From positions 1,116,001 through 1,180,000 of the forward strand of contig JAYWIR010000048.1 in NCBI GenBank assembly GCA_036172245.1: a stretch of 64,000 bases of DNA, read 5' to 3'. This DNA comes from Raillietiella orientalis (Eukaryota). Each line of letters begins with the position of its first letter. Position 1 is the first letter of the stretch. The notes beneath the pieces were generated by a model. That model did no database searches, was not told the origin of the DNA, and was given only the letters and a program-made list of their open reading frames with translations. Shown piece by piece: positions 24,416-37,600 of this stretch. A program made the translations under genes and the position numbers.

Positions 24416-26949
24416 CGATCGATGGATTCGATGCACGGCTGAGGTCGTCTGCAGCGTGGAGCGTTGGCTGCCACTCGAAAGCCCAAGCGGAAGAACACTT
24501 AAGTCCTGCGAAATGTCGGCTGGCGCCCTCCCTCCCCCCCCGTCGAACTGGACGTTCAATTAAGGCAGTTTATCAAAACCAAGCCGTTGCGAGGAATTCA
24601 TTAAGGGGCATTTCAGGATGGAGGAGGACGGGGGGGGGGGAAGAAGGCGGGGTGCGTCAGTTTGCTCCATTCATCAACATAAACACTAATTGAGACCGTT
24701 GCCTCTTCTCACCTCTCCTCTTGTTTGTCGCTACCCCAATTGACACGTGAGAAGCGAAAGCGCTTTTCGGTCGGGGAGGGGTGTTCGAAGCTTCCCCTTT
24801 ATCTGAGCTTTCTTTTCCACTCGACCCGGCGCTGCTGTCCCCCCCTCCCTCCCGCCGTTCGTTCGTTACGAGTTGACTTAATGAGTGCGTTTGCTGCTAT
24901 GTTCAAATGGGCGTATACAGCGCATGTTCCCCCCCTTTTTGCCTTTTTTTCCCCCAATATGCAGCAAACTGGCACTCCCTAGTTAAACGCGTGCTCCCTA
25001 GCGTGATGCTGACTGCCTGTATTTGTTTTAATCATAAGTCTTGGGCTGTTGAGGAGGCTGCGGTGATGAGTGCACGCATCGGGTCCCACGTCCTTTTCCT
25101 ACGTGATTCATTTAATTTTGCAAATGAGTACGTAAAAGTATTCGGGGATATCAGCTTTTTTTTTGCCGGTGAGGCCCGGTCTCTCGTTATCGGTGCCAAG
25201 AACAACGCCCTCCGGCGAAAGGGAAAAAAACACGGAAGGCTGGATGTGGATGGCGAGGGGGGCGCGGAAAGCGGAGATCGCAGCCGGAAAGAAGCCACGC
25301 TTTGGTGAAAGATGAAACGCGCGCGCGGGAGGAAGACGTCTCGCGCTCATCTCGACATGCGAAAGACGGTCCGAGGGGGTTGCGGAGAACCGGTCTGCTG
25401 CTTGGCAACGAAACGTCGGGAGGAGAAGAACGTTTAGGAAACTGGAAGGGGAAAAAAAGGCGGCGGGACGAAGAGGACGAGACGCGTATCTGTTTGCATT
25501 CTGCTCTTCGTGCTTTCGCTTTTTGTACCGATGCTTTCTCTCCCGGAATGTTTCTCGGATTTTCTAATTACCGGGAACGGTTGCGTGCGCGCGCGAGAGG
25601 GAGGGAGGGAGAGAGAGACTGATAAGCAAAAAAGCAAACTTGCTTTGTCAGTTTTTCGTGCAAGAAATTCTTCGCTCGCCTGAGGAACATCCTGCGAAAA
25701 ACGATAACGGGCACCGGCGCGGGAGCGCCACTGATCTACACGTGAAAATGATTGTAAGATGATAGCCGGAGAAGACCGGAGCTCCGAAAGAGTGACCCGG
25801 TGACATGTTGCATTCGCCTCGCTCCTGTGTCTGTCTGGCCCATCTCGGTTTCTCTTTGCCGGAGAGCACGCAAGGCAAGCAGCGTCGGGCCTGGTTCGTG
25901 CTTGGATGGGAACCCTGGGCGCTGTAAACATTCGCAAGTTGTGGAAATGGGAACGGCGATGGTTCCGATTCTTCAGGAAACCGTTCCAGAGAAACGGTGA
26001 GGCGAAGAAAAAAAAAGTTTTGGAGCGAGGTCATCCTCGGACCACAACAGAAATGCAGCAGTGGGCACGCCAAGAGGTCATGCAGCACTGCCAAGGTCTT
26101 TTTGTGTTGCGTCACGACGGCGGGAGGAAGAAAACGCTTCTAGCGAGAAGTTGGTGCAGAAATCCGCGCACCGACAGAACTGGACTGGGTCCAGAAAAGA
26201 CCTCTGGGGAAAACGACCTAACATTACCGCACTCCGAACCGGACCTTTGAGAGGGGAAAAACGTCCATCCACTCTTCCCTCGAGGGTCCTCGATCTCTGA
26301 GATCAGCACCCGCTGATTTGCCGATTCCTTTAATGTAAAGGCGTGCTCACTGCAAGCCGACAAATCACTCCCTGCACGGATACGTCCGTTCACTTTCGAA
26401 AGAGTTGTGGGGCTGAAGATGGGCACTGAAGACAACGGGGGGTGGAGTGGGGGGGTCTTCGTGTTTCTGCTGGGAACGCGTGTGCTTATCGTCGTACTTT
26501 CCTTCTCCGCAAAGAGTGGTCTGTAGCACGATTTTGCCGACGACTGCTTTGGTACTGATGATTTGGGGGATAGGAAGGGGGGGGGGGATTCGAAAATAAA
26601 TGCAAAAGCGTGTTCAGGTCCAGGAATGTCCGGTTGGGATTGTGAGAAGGCGATTTTTTTTTTCCTTTTTTTTGGTGTGGTTGTGTGTGGGTAGGATGGA
26701 TTGAGGTCAGAACACAGAACCAATCAAACACTTAAGCACATTTAACACGAGTGAAGATGCTCCAGTAATGGTTTTTATCACCCGAGGAGTTTTTTCTTAT
26801 GCATCCTTGCAGAGAGTCATTTCGCTTAGCAGAGGGCATCCTCAACCAGTGTGACTTGTGGATGAATCACTGGAATGACTCGGTGGCAACACTTAAGTAG
26901 AGCGCTCAGCTCCACAAAGAATCAACAGAGTTTTCTTTCTTCTTCCCCC

Positions 26950-28900
26950 CCCCCCTTCCCTTTCTTCCCTGCACCCTCCTGCCCACTGGCAAGAGACGTG
27001 GACGACTGGCTGCAAACGAACGGGAGCTTCCCGCAACGACGGATTCTGGTTCGCGCTGCGCGCTCGGAGATGGCGCTGCCCTCCGCAGCGGATGAGTACG
27101 AGTCGCGCGGGGGCCTTGCCTGGCTGCTCGTAAAAGAGAAGATCATTTGCTGCCGACCGGCGTCCTGGCAGTTTGCTGTAGTTCTTTGCAGCATTTCGGT
27201 CGGGGAAGTTCTTGCAAAGGCCCTCCGCGTATCTCGAGGAACCGAAAGCCGCCGGCCGGAGCACGTGACGAGTACCGTTGCTGAGAAACGCGTTTGCAGA
27301 TCGAAAGTGGTCGTCGCCAGGGCTGACAGGCAGACGAAAAGGGAAAGAAAGCGTCGCGGAGAAATGAAGCTGGAAAGCAGGCAAAGCATTGTTTGTTTGT
27401 TTGTTTTTCCTGCGGAAGAGGTAGCATCTGCTGCTGCCGTTCCACGGAGCCTCCCCTCCCCGGATGCCAGCTTTACACGGGAGGACGAATGGAAAGCGGA
27501 AATTTCAAGGTTGGCATGCAAATCTTCACGAAGCCAAACAAAGCGGAGTGTTGATCCAGAAGGGTGAACCGAAACACTGGAATGGGGTTCATCCACTGGC
27601 CCTCCAGAAGCCGCTCGCTCGCTCCTGAGCTCTGAGAGCTGTCCGCATTGTCTCACGAGAGTCCCTTATTTGTTCTCGGTCTTCATGTGACCCTTTCGGC
27701 TTGGCCCGAAGATAGCGAAGTGGCAGTTTGGCTCCCATTTCACGGTATGCAATCTCTCGGGCAGAGATTGCTTTACGGATTCCCCGGCAGATGATTGGAG
27801 GATGCTGGTCGATTCGCTATGGCGACCTTTGACCTTAAATGGTCGCATTCTTCGCGCGTTTGTCTCAAAGCGTGCATCGGGATTTTCTCCTCCTGTGGAC
27901 GGGGGAGGGAGGTTCGTGAGAAGGGCGTGCTCGCAGAGACAGCGTTCTCCGAGCCATCACTACAAAGTGACCGTTAATGTGATGGTTGCTGCGGTAATTG
28001 GGAGGGCAGCGCCATAAAAATTCAGCTGCATTCCCATGGAGATAGCATCTACGCGGCTTGCGCGACGACTACAGCGTGCACAGCGCAGTAGGCGCACGCG
28101 CTGCACACCTGGGGGATACGCGAATGAGCGCTGAAAACCTCGCTGTTCTTCCCAGCGTGTGGATGATGAGGAACACTCTAGAGTTGTTGCACCACACCTC
28201 CACGGCGCGCCTCTATCCTGAGAAGCACATCCGTGTCGGCAGAAGGGACGTCCCCCCTCGGGACTGCGAGTTCCGGAGATCCTGGAAAAGAGGTATCGCC
28301 TTGCACCTTGCCAGGCGGACCCCGGTGGTGCACACGAACGGAATTTGCGTCCAGGGGACGGTGGCAACACTGCCACTGCCGCGGTTCCCTGCTCGGTCGG
28401 TTTACCTGCTCCCTTCTGAAGATGGCGATGAGCACGTGGACTGCAGGCAAGCCTCAGGAGAAGCGCGCGCGCCAGCGGCGGTTGGATGCGGAAGCGGCAG
28501 GCTCGAAGGCACGCAGGAAAGCGATGCTCCCACGCCTCCGGGCAAGCCGCTGCTGAAGACCAGACGCTCCCCGTCGGCCAAGCGCCGAGAGCCGAGGACT
28601 GTGCGTGCGGCCCCTCGGAGTCCCGAGGAAGGCACGCAGAGAGAGAACCGGTGCGGCCCGCCGCGGCCACCCGCGTGCCGTCGCGCCTCCGAGGGCAAAC
28701 GGGCGCACCCTCGGGCCCGCTGCGTCGCCAGCGAGGTCAGCGCGCGCCGCGAAGCCAGGACGACGACCTGTTGCTGTTGTCCTCGGCCCGCCCGCCTGGA
28801 AGGAGAGGGCCTCTTGCATCTTGGGCGAGCGAGGCAGCCTCGTTTCAGCTTTCCTGCAGGAGTACCCAGAGAAACGAATTCTGGCACGCGACGAGAGGGA
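26950..28900 (+). mobile_element. Degenerate APE-RT LINE with many deletions
   Basis: EN-like 'RGGLAWLLVKEKI', RT-like 'SCPHCLTRVPYLFSVFM' and '..ADD', RNase H-like 'VVHTNG', C-terminal 'QDDDLLLLS' (D.HLLL.C-like). Confidence 0.45.
28222..28810 (+). repeat. Left arm of a 589-bp near-identical inverted repeat (partner 33197-33785)
   Basis: Direct reading shows near identity to the reverse complement of 33197-33785; identical ORF peptides appear in the track for both. Confidence 0.95.
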
Positions 28901-29469
28901 CGACGACGCGCGTTCCCGGCGGCCTGAGGTCAGACGGGAGCGAGAGGAGATCCGGCATGTCAGAGAAGGGTGCGAAAGGAGGGGCGACGACTCCACCGAG
29001 AGCGTCAGTCGCGCGCTCCGCGTGCTCCCTTCCGCGCGCGCACGTGCCGCCGTCCTCGGAGGCCGACGCACGCGCGTTCCGCTTGCCGGCGCCCGGCGGC
29101 GAAGCGCGCGCGCGTCGGCCGCCGGGGACGGACCGAAAGGGGCGCGATCCGCGAGGGTTCGTCTCCCCCATCCTTTCTCCCCGCCGCTCCCTTTCTCCGG
29201 GCGCGGGCATCGGACGCGCCTGCGCGCGCCGAACGCCGCCCGCCACCGCCGCGGCATACGCGCGCGCCGGACACCAACCACACCGGAACTTTCTCCGGCT
29301 CGCCCGACGCACACGCTCCGTAGATTAACGATCTGTCCGGATGCTGTCGAAGGGCGCCAAGCGGCTTTTCTCGGCGGAGGCGGAGCGCTCGCTCGCGGCG
29401 CGTAAATCGATCGGCTGCAAGCCGCGGCCCACGGGCGGCGGAGCGCGCGCTCTAGCGTAGATGTCGCGC

Positions 29470-29740
29470 TTGCCCGCTGGACTCGGTTCCTCCTCCTCCT
29501 CCTCCTCTCCCTGCTTTCTTCTTGCTCCTGCACCGTTCCTCTTTTTCTTTGCTTCCACTCTTTCCTTCCTTCCACCTCCGCCTCCTCCTCCTCCTTTTGA
29601 TCTTCCCTTCCTTTCCTCTTCCTCCTCCTCCTTATCGTCTCCCTGCATTCTTCTTGCTCCTGCACCATTCCTCCTTCCTCCCTCCTCCTTCCCTCCTCAA
29701 CTCCTTCCTTTCCTCTCCCCTTCCTCCTCTTCCTCTTCCC
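29470..29740. repeat. Pyrimidine-rich (CCT/TTC) low-complexity tract with a ~132-bp internal duplication
   Basis: 'ctccctgc(t/a)ttcttcttgctcctgcacc(g/a)ttcctc' at ~29507 and ~29639. Confidence 0.8.
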
Positions 29741-32529
29741 TCGCACCGGCGAGATCCTTCGGATGCGCGCGGCCTACTGCCGGAAAGAGGCGGCTCAAAC
29801 GATGCTGGTCGCGGGCGGTCCTTGCGCTCCCCCCTACGGTAAGAGACGCGGTAGGAGGGGAGGGAAGAAGGCTTACAGAGAGAATAAAAATCGGCCAGCA
29901 GGGGTGGACAGGGCAGATGCGGGGACGGGACGCAAGACAGAGCAGGCGCCGAGCTGGTGGAACGCGGGGGGGAGGTGCTCTCCCTTTGGCGACGGTGGAG
30001 CTGGAAAGAGGGGTGAAACGGCCGCCCTCTGCCTGGGGAAACAGGGCGGGGGAGGGGGCATGTGACCCTTTCGTCTTCCTTGCCTCTTCGAACGCAGCAG
30101 TCTCTGCACCCCCGACCGTCTCGCCAGCGACTGCCACCCGATGCGCCTTCCTCGGAGGGGCCTGGCGCGGACCGATGGCCCCACGCCGCCAGCTGCCAGA
30201 GCGCGCCTGCTGCCGCCGCCACCTCCTCCCCTTCAGCAGATGATGCGGCGAGTGCCCCCTTTTCCTCCTCCTCTAGCGAGGAGACGCCGGGGGATGCCGC
30301 TGCTGCAGCGGCAACCGTCGCGCCGTGCCTCGCTCCTCCCCGTTCCCCCAGACTCGCGGTCGTAAAACTCTTCGCGGACGCCCTCGGAGGGCTTTACGAC
30401 CCCTCGTCCGGGGCGCAGATGCAGGAGATGCGCAATGGCCCCGGGCTCGGCGAGGTCCCCTCCGGTCTCCGGGGCGACGGACGGGAAGGAAGGGCGGAGG
30501 GAGCGACGACGAGCTCGTCGCCCGGGACGCGACCCGGTCGTGAAGCCCCGGCGTAAGCATCGCATCCCGGATGAGACGCCATCTCTCGGCCGCGAGGGAG
30601 GCCGCGCTCAGACGGAGACGGGGTGACCCCCAAGGGGAGCCTTTTCCAGGGAAGGCGCGCGCACCTGCGGGGAGCCCACGATCGGGACGGGGGTCAGGCG
30701 ACCCCGATCGGTCTCCTCAAGGTAGCCTGACCCTCGGTGAGACCCTGGGAAGAGCGCATGCGCGCCGGGAAGCGAGCCTGCCCTCTCCCCTCGGCGCACC
30801 CCAGGGGGAGGAGTCCGGGGCTGGCTTGTTCGCCAGGGGTCGCCCCAAATCTTCCCGCTGCACCCTGCCATCTCGGAGGACTGCAGATACGCGCACGACA
30901 GGCAAGAGGCAGAGACAGGCGCGACGCCCAGGGGGACCCCTGCGCACTGGCCAGTGCCCGCGAGAGACTCTCCTCGTAGGCTCGGGGATCGCCCTGGAAA
31001 GGGACGGAGACAGCGCTTCACCTTCTGCAACCCCTTTCGCTGACCTCTTCCGCCCGCCGCCCACTCGAGCGGCTGCTCCGGGTCCCCCCGCCGCACTCCT
31101 CTCCTTTTTCCCACGTGGCTCACCCCTCGGACCGGGGTCCTCCAGGGTGGAGGCGGGGTGGGGGCGCAAGCGAGGGATGTTCCCCCGCCCTCGAGGAGAA
31201 GCAGCAGCGCCCCCCTCGCCTCCCCGATCCTTCGGGAGCCCGGGATCTGGTGCTCGCCTGCTGCCCAATTTCATCCCGGGCGTGGCCTACTGAGGGAGTC
31301 AAAAAAACAACAAGCGGGGCAGGGAAGGAGAGGTTGCGAAGGGTCCCGCTCTGCAGGTCCGCCGCACGACCGGAAGGAGTCCGGGGAAGAGCAGGAAGGG
31401 GGAGGCCGCGACGTCGACGCGCGCGCGCCTCGCGTCCTCCCTGCCGTCGCTTCCGGCGCCGCCGCCGCGGTCGCCGGCGGCGGCGGCGGCAGGCGATCGA
31501 TCGGTCCCGAGCGCGTCGGAGGCGATGACGACCGATCGGCCCGTGACGTCACGCGTTACCTTTGTTTCGTCCTTTCCGCGGGAAATCAATTAAACCTTCC
31601 CCCCCACCCCCCTTCCCTAATCAGATTTCGGGAGCCGTCGGGGGAGCGCGGGAAAGAGGGATGAGAGGAGGGAAACCGGGAACGCGTTTCCCTGACCGAG
31701 CTGCGGGATGAATCTTGCCGCGGCCGAGCTGAGGGACGGGAAGGGAGGAGGAGGAGGAGGGAGAGCAAGGCTGACGAGCCGAGTCCTCCCCTTCCTCGAG
31801 GCAGCGGGAACTCAGGCGGGGATCGGGCGCCGCGCGCCGGGGTTTCCCGGAACGAACGCGTGCCGTCGCGGAGCACGACGCGGCGACGCCCAAGCCCAGG
31901 GTGCCCGCGAAAAGGTAGCCTTCCCTTCCCGGAGCGCCCTCTCGGGCGGTCTCCCGCACAAGAGACCACGGGCCTCTCCAGAGCCCTCCCCCCCCCCCCT
32001 CCCCGCGCATCGCGAAAGCGCGAAGGACTCGTTGGCACCTCGACTACTTGGCGCGGGGGACTTCAGTTGCGCCCCGGCTGTTGCCGCTTTGCTGGCGCGA
32101 GCGTTCCCCGGGAACCGCCGCTCCGTCGCCGCCGGCATCGCCTGAGTGCAGCCCCTGGGTCTTGGTCCACGGAAGAGGTCGCTCCGTAGTGTCCGCACTC
32201 CGGCCGTGACCTTTCTGCCCTGAGCCCCCGCTAGAGGGTCTTCAGAAAGCAAGCAAGCGAGCGCGCAGCGCAGGGCCACCGCTCACCCACGGGTCAGGGG
32301 GGAAGGTGCACCGTAGCGGTCACATCGCGGATGTTTCCAGAGGACCGAGACGTAAGCGGGTCCAAGGGCAGCACGGGATGCAGAACTCCTGCCATCTTCC
32401 GCGCAGACACCGTGGAAGACGCTGCCATCAAGAGCGAGAGGAAAACACGCGCTCTTCGTATGCGCCCTGCTGCCCACGCGTGCACGCACGCGAGGTGCCC
32501 ATTGGAACATTCATCAGGTGACCACCAAT

Positions 32530-32850
32530 CCAATAATGTGCTCGGCGTTCCATCGCTAAGTTTGAGTATTCATACACACTACTCTGGTGTGTATTAATAC
32601 GCTAGGATACCACACACCGGCACCATACACTAATGTGGCGAATAGTAACGTTATCAGTGCGTTGGCACGATGGCTGTCGACATGGCGACACGTATCAATG
32701 CACTGTAAGGATGGCTGTTAATGCACTAATGTGACGAATATATATATGATCACTGTAGTGTATATTGGCACACAATGTGGTTAATATTAATATGCTAATG
32801 TGATGAGCGCTAATGTCTAATGTGGTAAGTGTCAATGCGCTAATGTGAGA
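32530..32850. repeat. AT-rich degenerate minisatellite (ctaatgtg motif)
   Basis: Repeated (c)taatgtg, e.g. 'cactaatgtggcgaata', 'cactaatgtgacgaata', 'gctaatgtga', 'ctaatgtgg'. Confidence 0.65.
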
Positions 32851-33129
32851 TCAACGTATCTTGGCTTTTACAAGGCTCCATTAGGGATCTCGCGTGCGAG
32901 GATGCAACTGGTCCACCTGCCGGAACATGAATCTTCATGATTAAAAAGGAAAGCTTGCCAGTTGGCGTCCCTTTGGCATCAGCCTTGGCGCGGGACGAGA
33001 CGTCGTTACCTTTGCACCTCCCAGTTGCGATAACATGATCGTTTCTGAATTCAGCAGGCAGATAAGGTCTTTCAGTCGTTTTTCCTTCGCAACGATGGGC
33101 GGCACCATCAGTCCGGAGTGGCCGACAGG

Positions 33130-34600
33130 GTGGTCAAAGTCGCAGCCATCGAAGGAAATCCGTTACGACACGCCACGGTCGCTCGAGAGTAAGGAAGCCC
33201 TCTCCTTCCAGGCGGGCGGGCCGAGGACAACAGCAACAGGTCGTCGTCCTGGCTTCGCGGCGCGCGCTGACCTCGCTGGCGACGCAGCGGGCCCGAGGGT
33301 GCGCCCGTTTGCCCTCGGAGGCGCGACGGCACGCGGGTGGCCGCGGCGGGCCGCACCGGTTCTCTCTCTGCGTGCCTTCCTCGGGACTCCGAGGGGCCGC
33401 ACGCACAGTCCTCGGCTCTCGGCGCTTGGCCGACGGGGAGCGTCTGGTCTTCAGCAGCGGCTTGCCCGGAGGCGTGGGAGCATCGCTTTCCTGCGTGCCT
33501 TCGAGCCTGCCGCTTCCGCATCCAACCGCCGCTGGCGCGCGCGCTTCTCCTGAGGCTTGCCTGCAGTCCACGTGCTCATCGCCATCTTCAGAAGGGAGCA
33601 GGTAAACCGACCGAGCAGGGGACCGCGGCAGTGGCAGTGTTGCCACCGTCCCCTGGACGCAAATTCCGTTCGTGTGCACCACCGGGGTCCGCCTGGCAAG
33701 GTGCAAGGCGATACCTCTTTTCCAGGATCTCCGGAACTCGCAGTCCCGAGGGGGGACGTCCCTTCTGCCAACATAGATGTGCTTCCCCCCGTGCGGGGAC
33801 TCTGTTGCTCCTCACGACTCGAGGGCGCAGAAATCCTCGAGTTGGCTTTCCCCCGTGAGGCAGCGGAGCGCTCCCCAGCAGAGACTCTGCAGCCTCCTAA
33901 GAAGGAAGCCCCTCTTTGGACCCTTAGTGCTTGGGGCGCGAGGCACTAACACAGTGAGGGGGCACACCCACGGACAACAGGGAACTCTTCACTGTTTCTT
34001 GCGCACGTCCCGCTCAGCAGGGGTCACCGCTCCGGGTCGCCGGCGACAGAAAGGAAGATTCCCCGGATCCTCTGAAAGACGGGGATTGCCTTGCGTGGAG
34101 TAGTTGCCTCCTGGACGTGCGAGGATGTCGATCTCGGGATCCCGCAATTCCACTCATCCCGTTGCCATGGATGAGAGTTGCATATGCGCGCTGCAGAGAT
34201 CGGAGGTTTCTGAACTCGCACATGCATGCCCCTGCCCCCTATAGGACCCCGCCCTGTTGCTGCTCTCTCAGCTCCCCCGTCTTCTGAAGCGACCTCGATC
34301 GCTGAAATGCAAGCGGTACGAAGGAGCCGCACGGGAGGAAATCCTGGAAGGGAGATCTTTGATCCTTTCTTCCTTTCGGAGAGGAGAGGAGGGAGGCATT
34401 CCGCGTTGAGATGACCACATCGAGGTCCAGATGCCGTAGCGAACAGCCGCCCCGGAAGTACCCCTTCCACTTTCACTCTCTGTGTTGCTTGTCCGCAGCA
34501 CCGCAGCTCCAGTTCCCTCCTCCTGGGATAAAGAATGGACACTAGTTCATTCTCTTCCTCTCCGATGTGCTTTCGCGTTTCATTCGTGACCCGGGAACTT
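33130..34600 (-). mobile_element. Degenerate LINE copy, inverted relative to 26950-28900
   Basis: RT-like 'RVKVEGVLPG.LFATASG' at ~34430-34480; contains the 589-bp arm; C-terminus 'LEGEGFLTLERPWRVVTDFL' parallels 'LEGEGLLHLGRAR/SLVSAFL'. Confidence 0.45.
33197..33785 (-). repeat. Right arm of the 589-bp inverted repeat
   Basis: Reverse complement of 28222-28810 with about 4 substitutions seen. Confidence 0.95.
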
Positions 34601-37600
34601 CCAGGATGAACCGGGTAGGAAAATCCTCGAAGGGTACGTTACCCCTGTCCAAAGCTCCCCAGCTGGAGATACTCCCCTCCTCACCTTGGAATTTGGGCCC
34701 TGAAGGGACGACGAATCCATCCCATCCCTCCACCTTCTCAGAGACCCCTTCCGGGATTTTCCGGTCCGTCCTCCGAGAAGTGGCAGCGGGCTGAATCCTC
34801 TAGGAAATCTTGGGGGTGCTTGGAATATCCCTCTCTTTCCTCTCCCCGCTCAATCCACCCCAGTGAGGTTCCGTAGTGCCTGCAGGAGCGTCGAGTGAGA
34901 CTTCTGCTCTCCCTCCCAGGGCATCAGAACGAGCCCTCGCGCCTGTCTGCACCCTTATTCCCCCGCGACTGGGGACGGCTCCAAACTGTAGGGGCAGTCG
35001 GAGGGAAGCTGGAGCAAAGAAGAGGGGTGAGGGTAAAGGGGGGCGGCGTTCCTTGGCCAACCGTGCGACGGGGCACGCACGTCGCTGCGGTCAGTCTTCA
35101 CGACCTCCTGTTCTTCCTCTCCACTGCCTCCCATTTGGTTGGCGGCGAGCCACCAGAGGGCGGGCAGCTCCCATTCCTTCCCGATGGAGGTGAGCAAGAA
35201 CGAATAGGAGGGGAGAGGTATTCTCGTAGCAGGGGGGTCGCTCAGCACGGTTTCCCGGTGCGCCTGTCGGCTTCACTTGTCTGCCCTCAGGGGTATGGAT
35301 CATGTCTCTTCCTCCTCTGCCTACGCGGCCGCCTCTGTGTCTGCTACCTCCCCTCCTCCTCCCTACCTCCTCCTATTTCTCCGGGTCGGCCTCCTGTGAG
35401 GAAAGCGCGAAGGGGTCGAGAAGCTTCTTGGCACCCTTGGGCTCTCCCCTGCCCCCTGACTTCCCTTCAGAGTGAGTGCCGAGCTCCCTTCCCTCCTTCC
35501 TTTCGGTTGCACCTTCCATTTTCCCTCTCCTCCTTCTGTGCTCCTCTTCCTCCTCCTCACCTCCGCGCCTTTGATCCTTCCCCTCCCCTAGTGGACTTTC
35601 AGGCCTCCCCCACGAGCAGTGCGGGAGTCGTGGTGCAGGTCGCTCGTCTCTGAGGGCAGCCCGGGGCAGCGGCCGTCCGTCCACGCGTCTCCGGCGGAGT
35701 GCGGCGCCCCCGCCGGAAGGCGCCGCCTGCGCTCTCCGCCCGCCCGGCCGCCGGGGGCGTCACCATCCCTCAGGCTTGTCCCCTGCGCGTGCCACGACGG
35801 GCAGCGCTCGCGCGCGCGCTCTTCCCCGCTGGCGGTCCCTCGAAGAGGATGCTGCATCCCGGGAAGGTTTATGGTCCGTAACGGTCTTTCCGGGGTCGCT
35901 GCCGCCGCCGCCGCTCGTTTATGGCTCCGCCCTCCGGCCCCGTTTTTTGCACGTCTGCGGAGCTCTCCAGAAGGGCAGGAACTCCAGGACCGCTTAGGGG
36001 AGGGCGCGGCTCTGCCGAACCCGCTGTCCGCCGCGGGCGGATCGGCGCCGAAAGCAGCGGGGCCTTTCCACACCTACGCCTCCTCGCACCCGGTCGTGGG
36101 GGAGAGGAGGCTACCGTCTCGAGGTCAGGAGACGACCCTCGCCGCCGCACCCTTCCAGGGGAATGTAGTCCTGAGTCGATGGCGACCCCGGGCAGTCCTC
36201 TCCTCAGAGACCCCGGAGCGCCTCCTCGCCTGCGCCCGGCTGTGCTTCCAGCCGCTTACAGGAGGCAGGTCTTTTCGCGGTGTGTTGATTGCGGAGGGTT
36301 CCGCACGGCGTCGCGCCCCTTCGCCCCCTTCAGGCACCATCTGCGCGCTCGCGCGATCTCTGTCCATCTCGGAGGCAGCAGCTTGCTGGACCGCAGCTGT
36401 TTCCGGCTCGCGAGCAGTCCCCCCTCTCCTCCCTTCCTGGCGCGAGAGACGTCCCTCCGGGAGTCTTCGCAGTCCTCCCGCGCCCGCTCGGGTCATCCTA
36501 GCAGGGAGGCGCGACGAAAGTCTTCCCCCCGCCTCCACCCTCGGCACGCGCGGTGTCTTGGCAACCCCCCGGCTCTCTTCCCTGGGCGAGCGCGTCTACC
36601 CACACGCACGCTCGGGGTGGGGGACGAACAATCTGTGCGGCAGCGGAGGAGGCCATGGCATGGTTGTGTTCCCGTCCCCCGAGCGCGTCCCCTTCTCTCC
36701 CCACTCCGCGAATCTGCATTCCTCAGCAAAAGTTGCAGCCTGCGCCGCGCGACTCGGGCGGCGCGGTTTCCATGGAGACGCACGCGCTGCTGCTTTCCTT
36801 TCCTCCTCCTCCTTCTCCCCTCAAACTTGAACTGTGGGGAGACGATGCCTCTGATGGGAAGCGGACATCCAGCAGGACCGCCTGGAGCCGTCTGGCGCCC
36901 TCCGAGTGCGGAGGGCGCGCGCACCGGGAGGACCCATTTCGGGGGAGGGGCGGAGCGAGCAGACGAGCGGGCGGCATTCCTCCCTCCCCTTCTCCCGCTT
37001 CCCCGCACGGTCCTTGACGCCTCATTTGGAATTTCATCTCCTGATGAGGCAGCGTTCGTGCCGGAGCAAGCAAAACGGCTGTCGCCATGGGCAACCGCGC
37101 ATAGACAGGGGGAATAAAAAGGCAGCAACTGCGACTCCCTGCCCCTCCTCCCTTCTGCTCCTTCAGAGCCGACATGCAACGGGCCAAGTGCCTGCCACCG
37201 CTTTCAGACAGGCGGCACCGCCTGAAGACGTTCCCGGAGCACCTCCTTCCCGGGATCATCCTGCAGACGCAAGACGACGGAAGCAAAAGGGAGGATGAAG
37301 GAGGGAATGGGACAGCAACAGCCTATCGGGTCCATTGTAAGGACAGGGAGCGGGACTCTGTCGGTCGCCTCTTTGGGAAGACCGGGTGCGGGGTGCAAGC
37401 AAAGAGCATAAAATCCTCCGGACCGTCCATCGCCTCCCTCAGGCAGGGACAGAGTTTTGACCCGCCTGCAGCAGCTCCCCGATTCCCCGGCTGCGAACCG
37501 GGAACTCCAGCAAACCGAGTGCCCAGACTCCGGGAAGCGGCGGCGGCGTTCCCTGTCCCCATGAAAGCCTCTACCCCCAGCCGCGATCTAACTTCCCCTT

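Noticed and set aside
25780..26230. THAP or DUF4806-like remnant
   Set aside because: Only vague motif resemblance; key residues cannot be placed in a consistent frame
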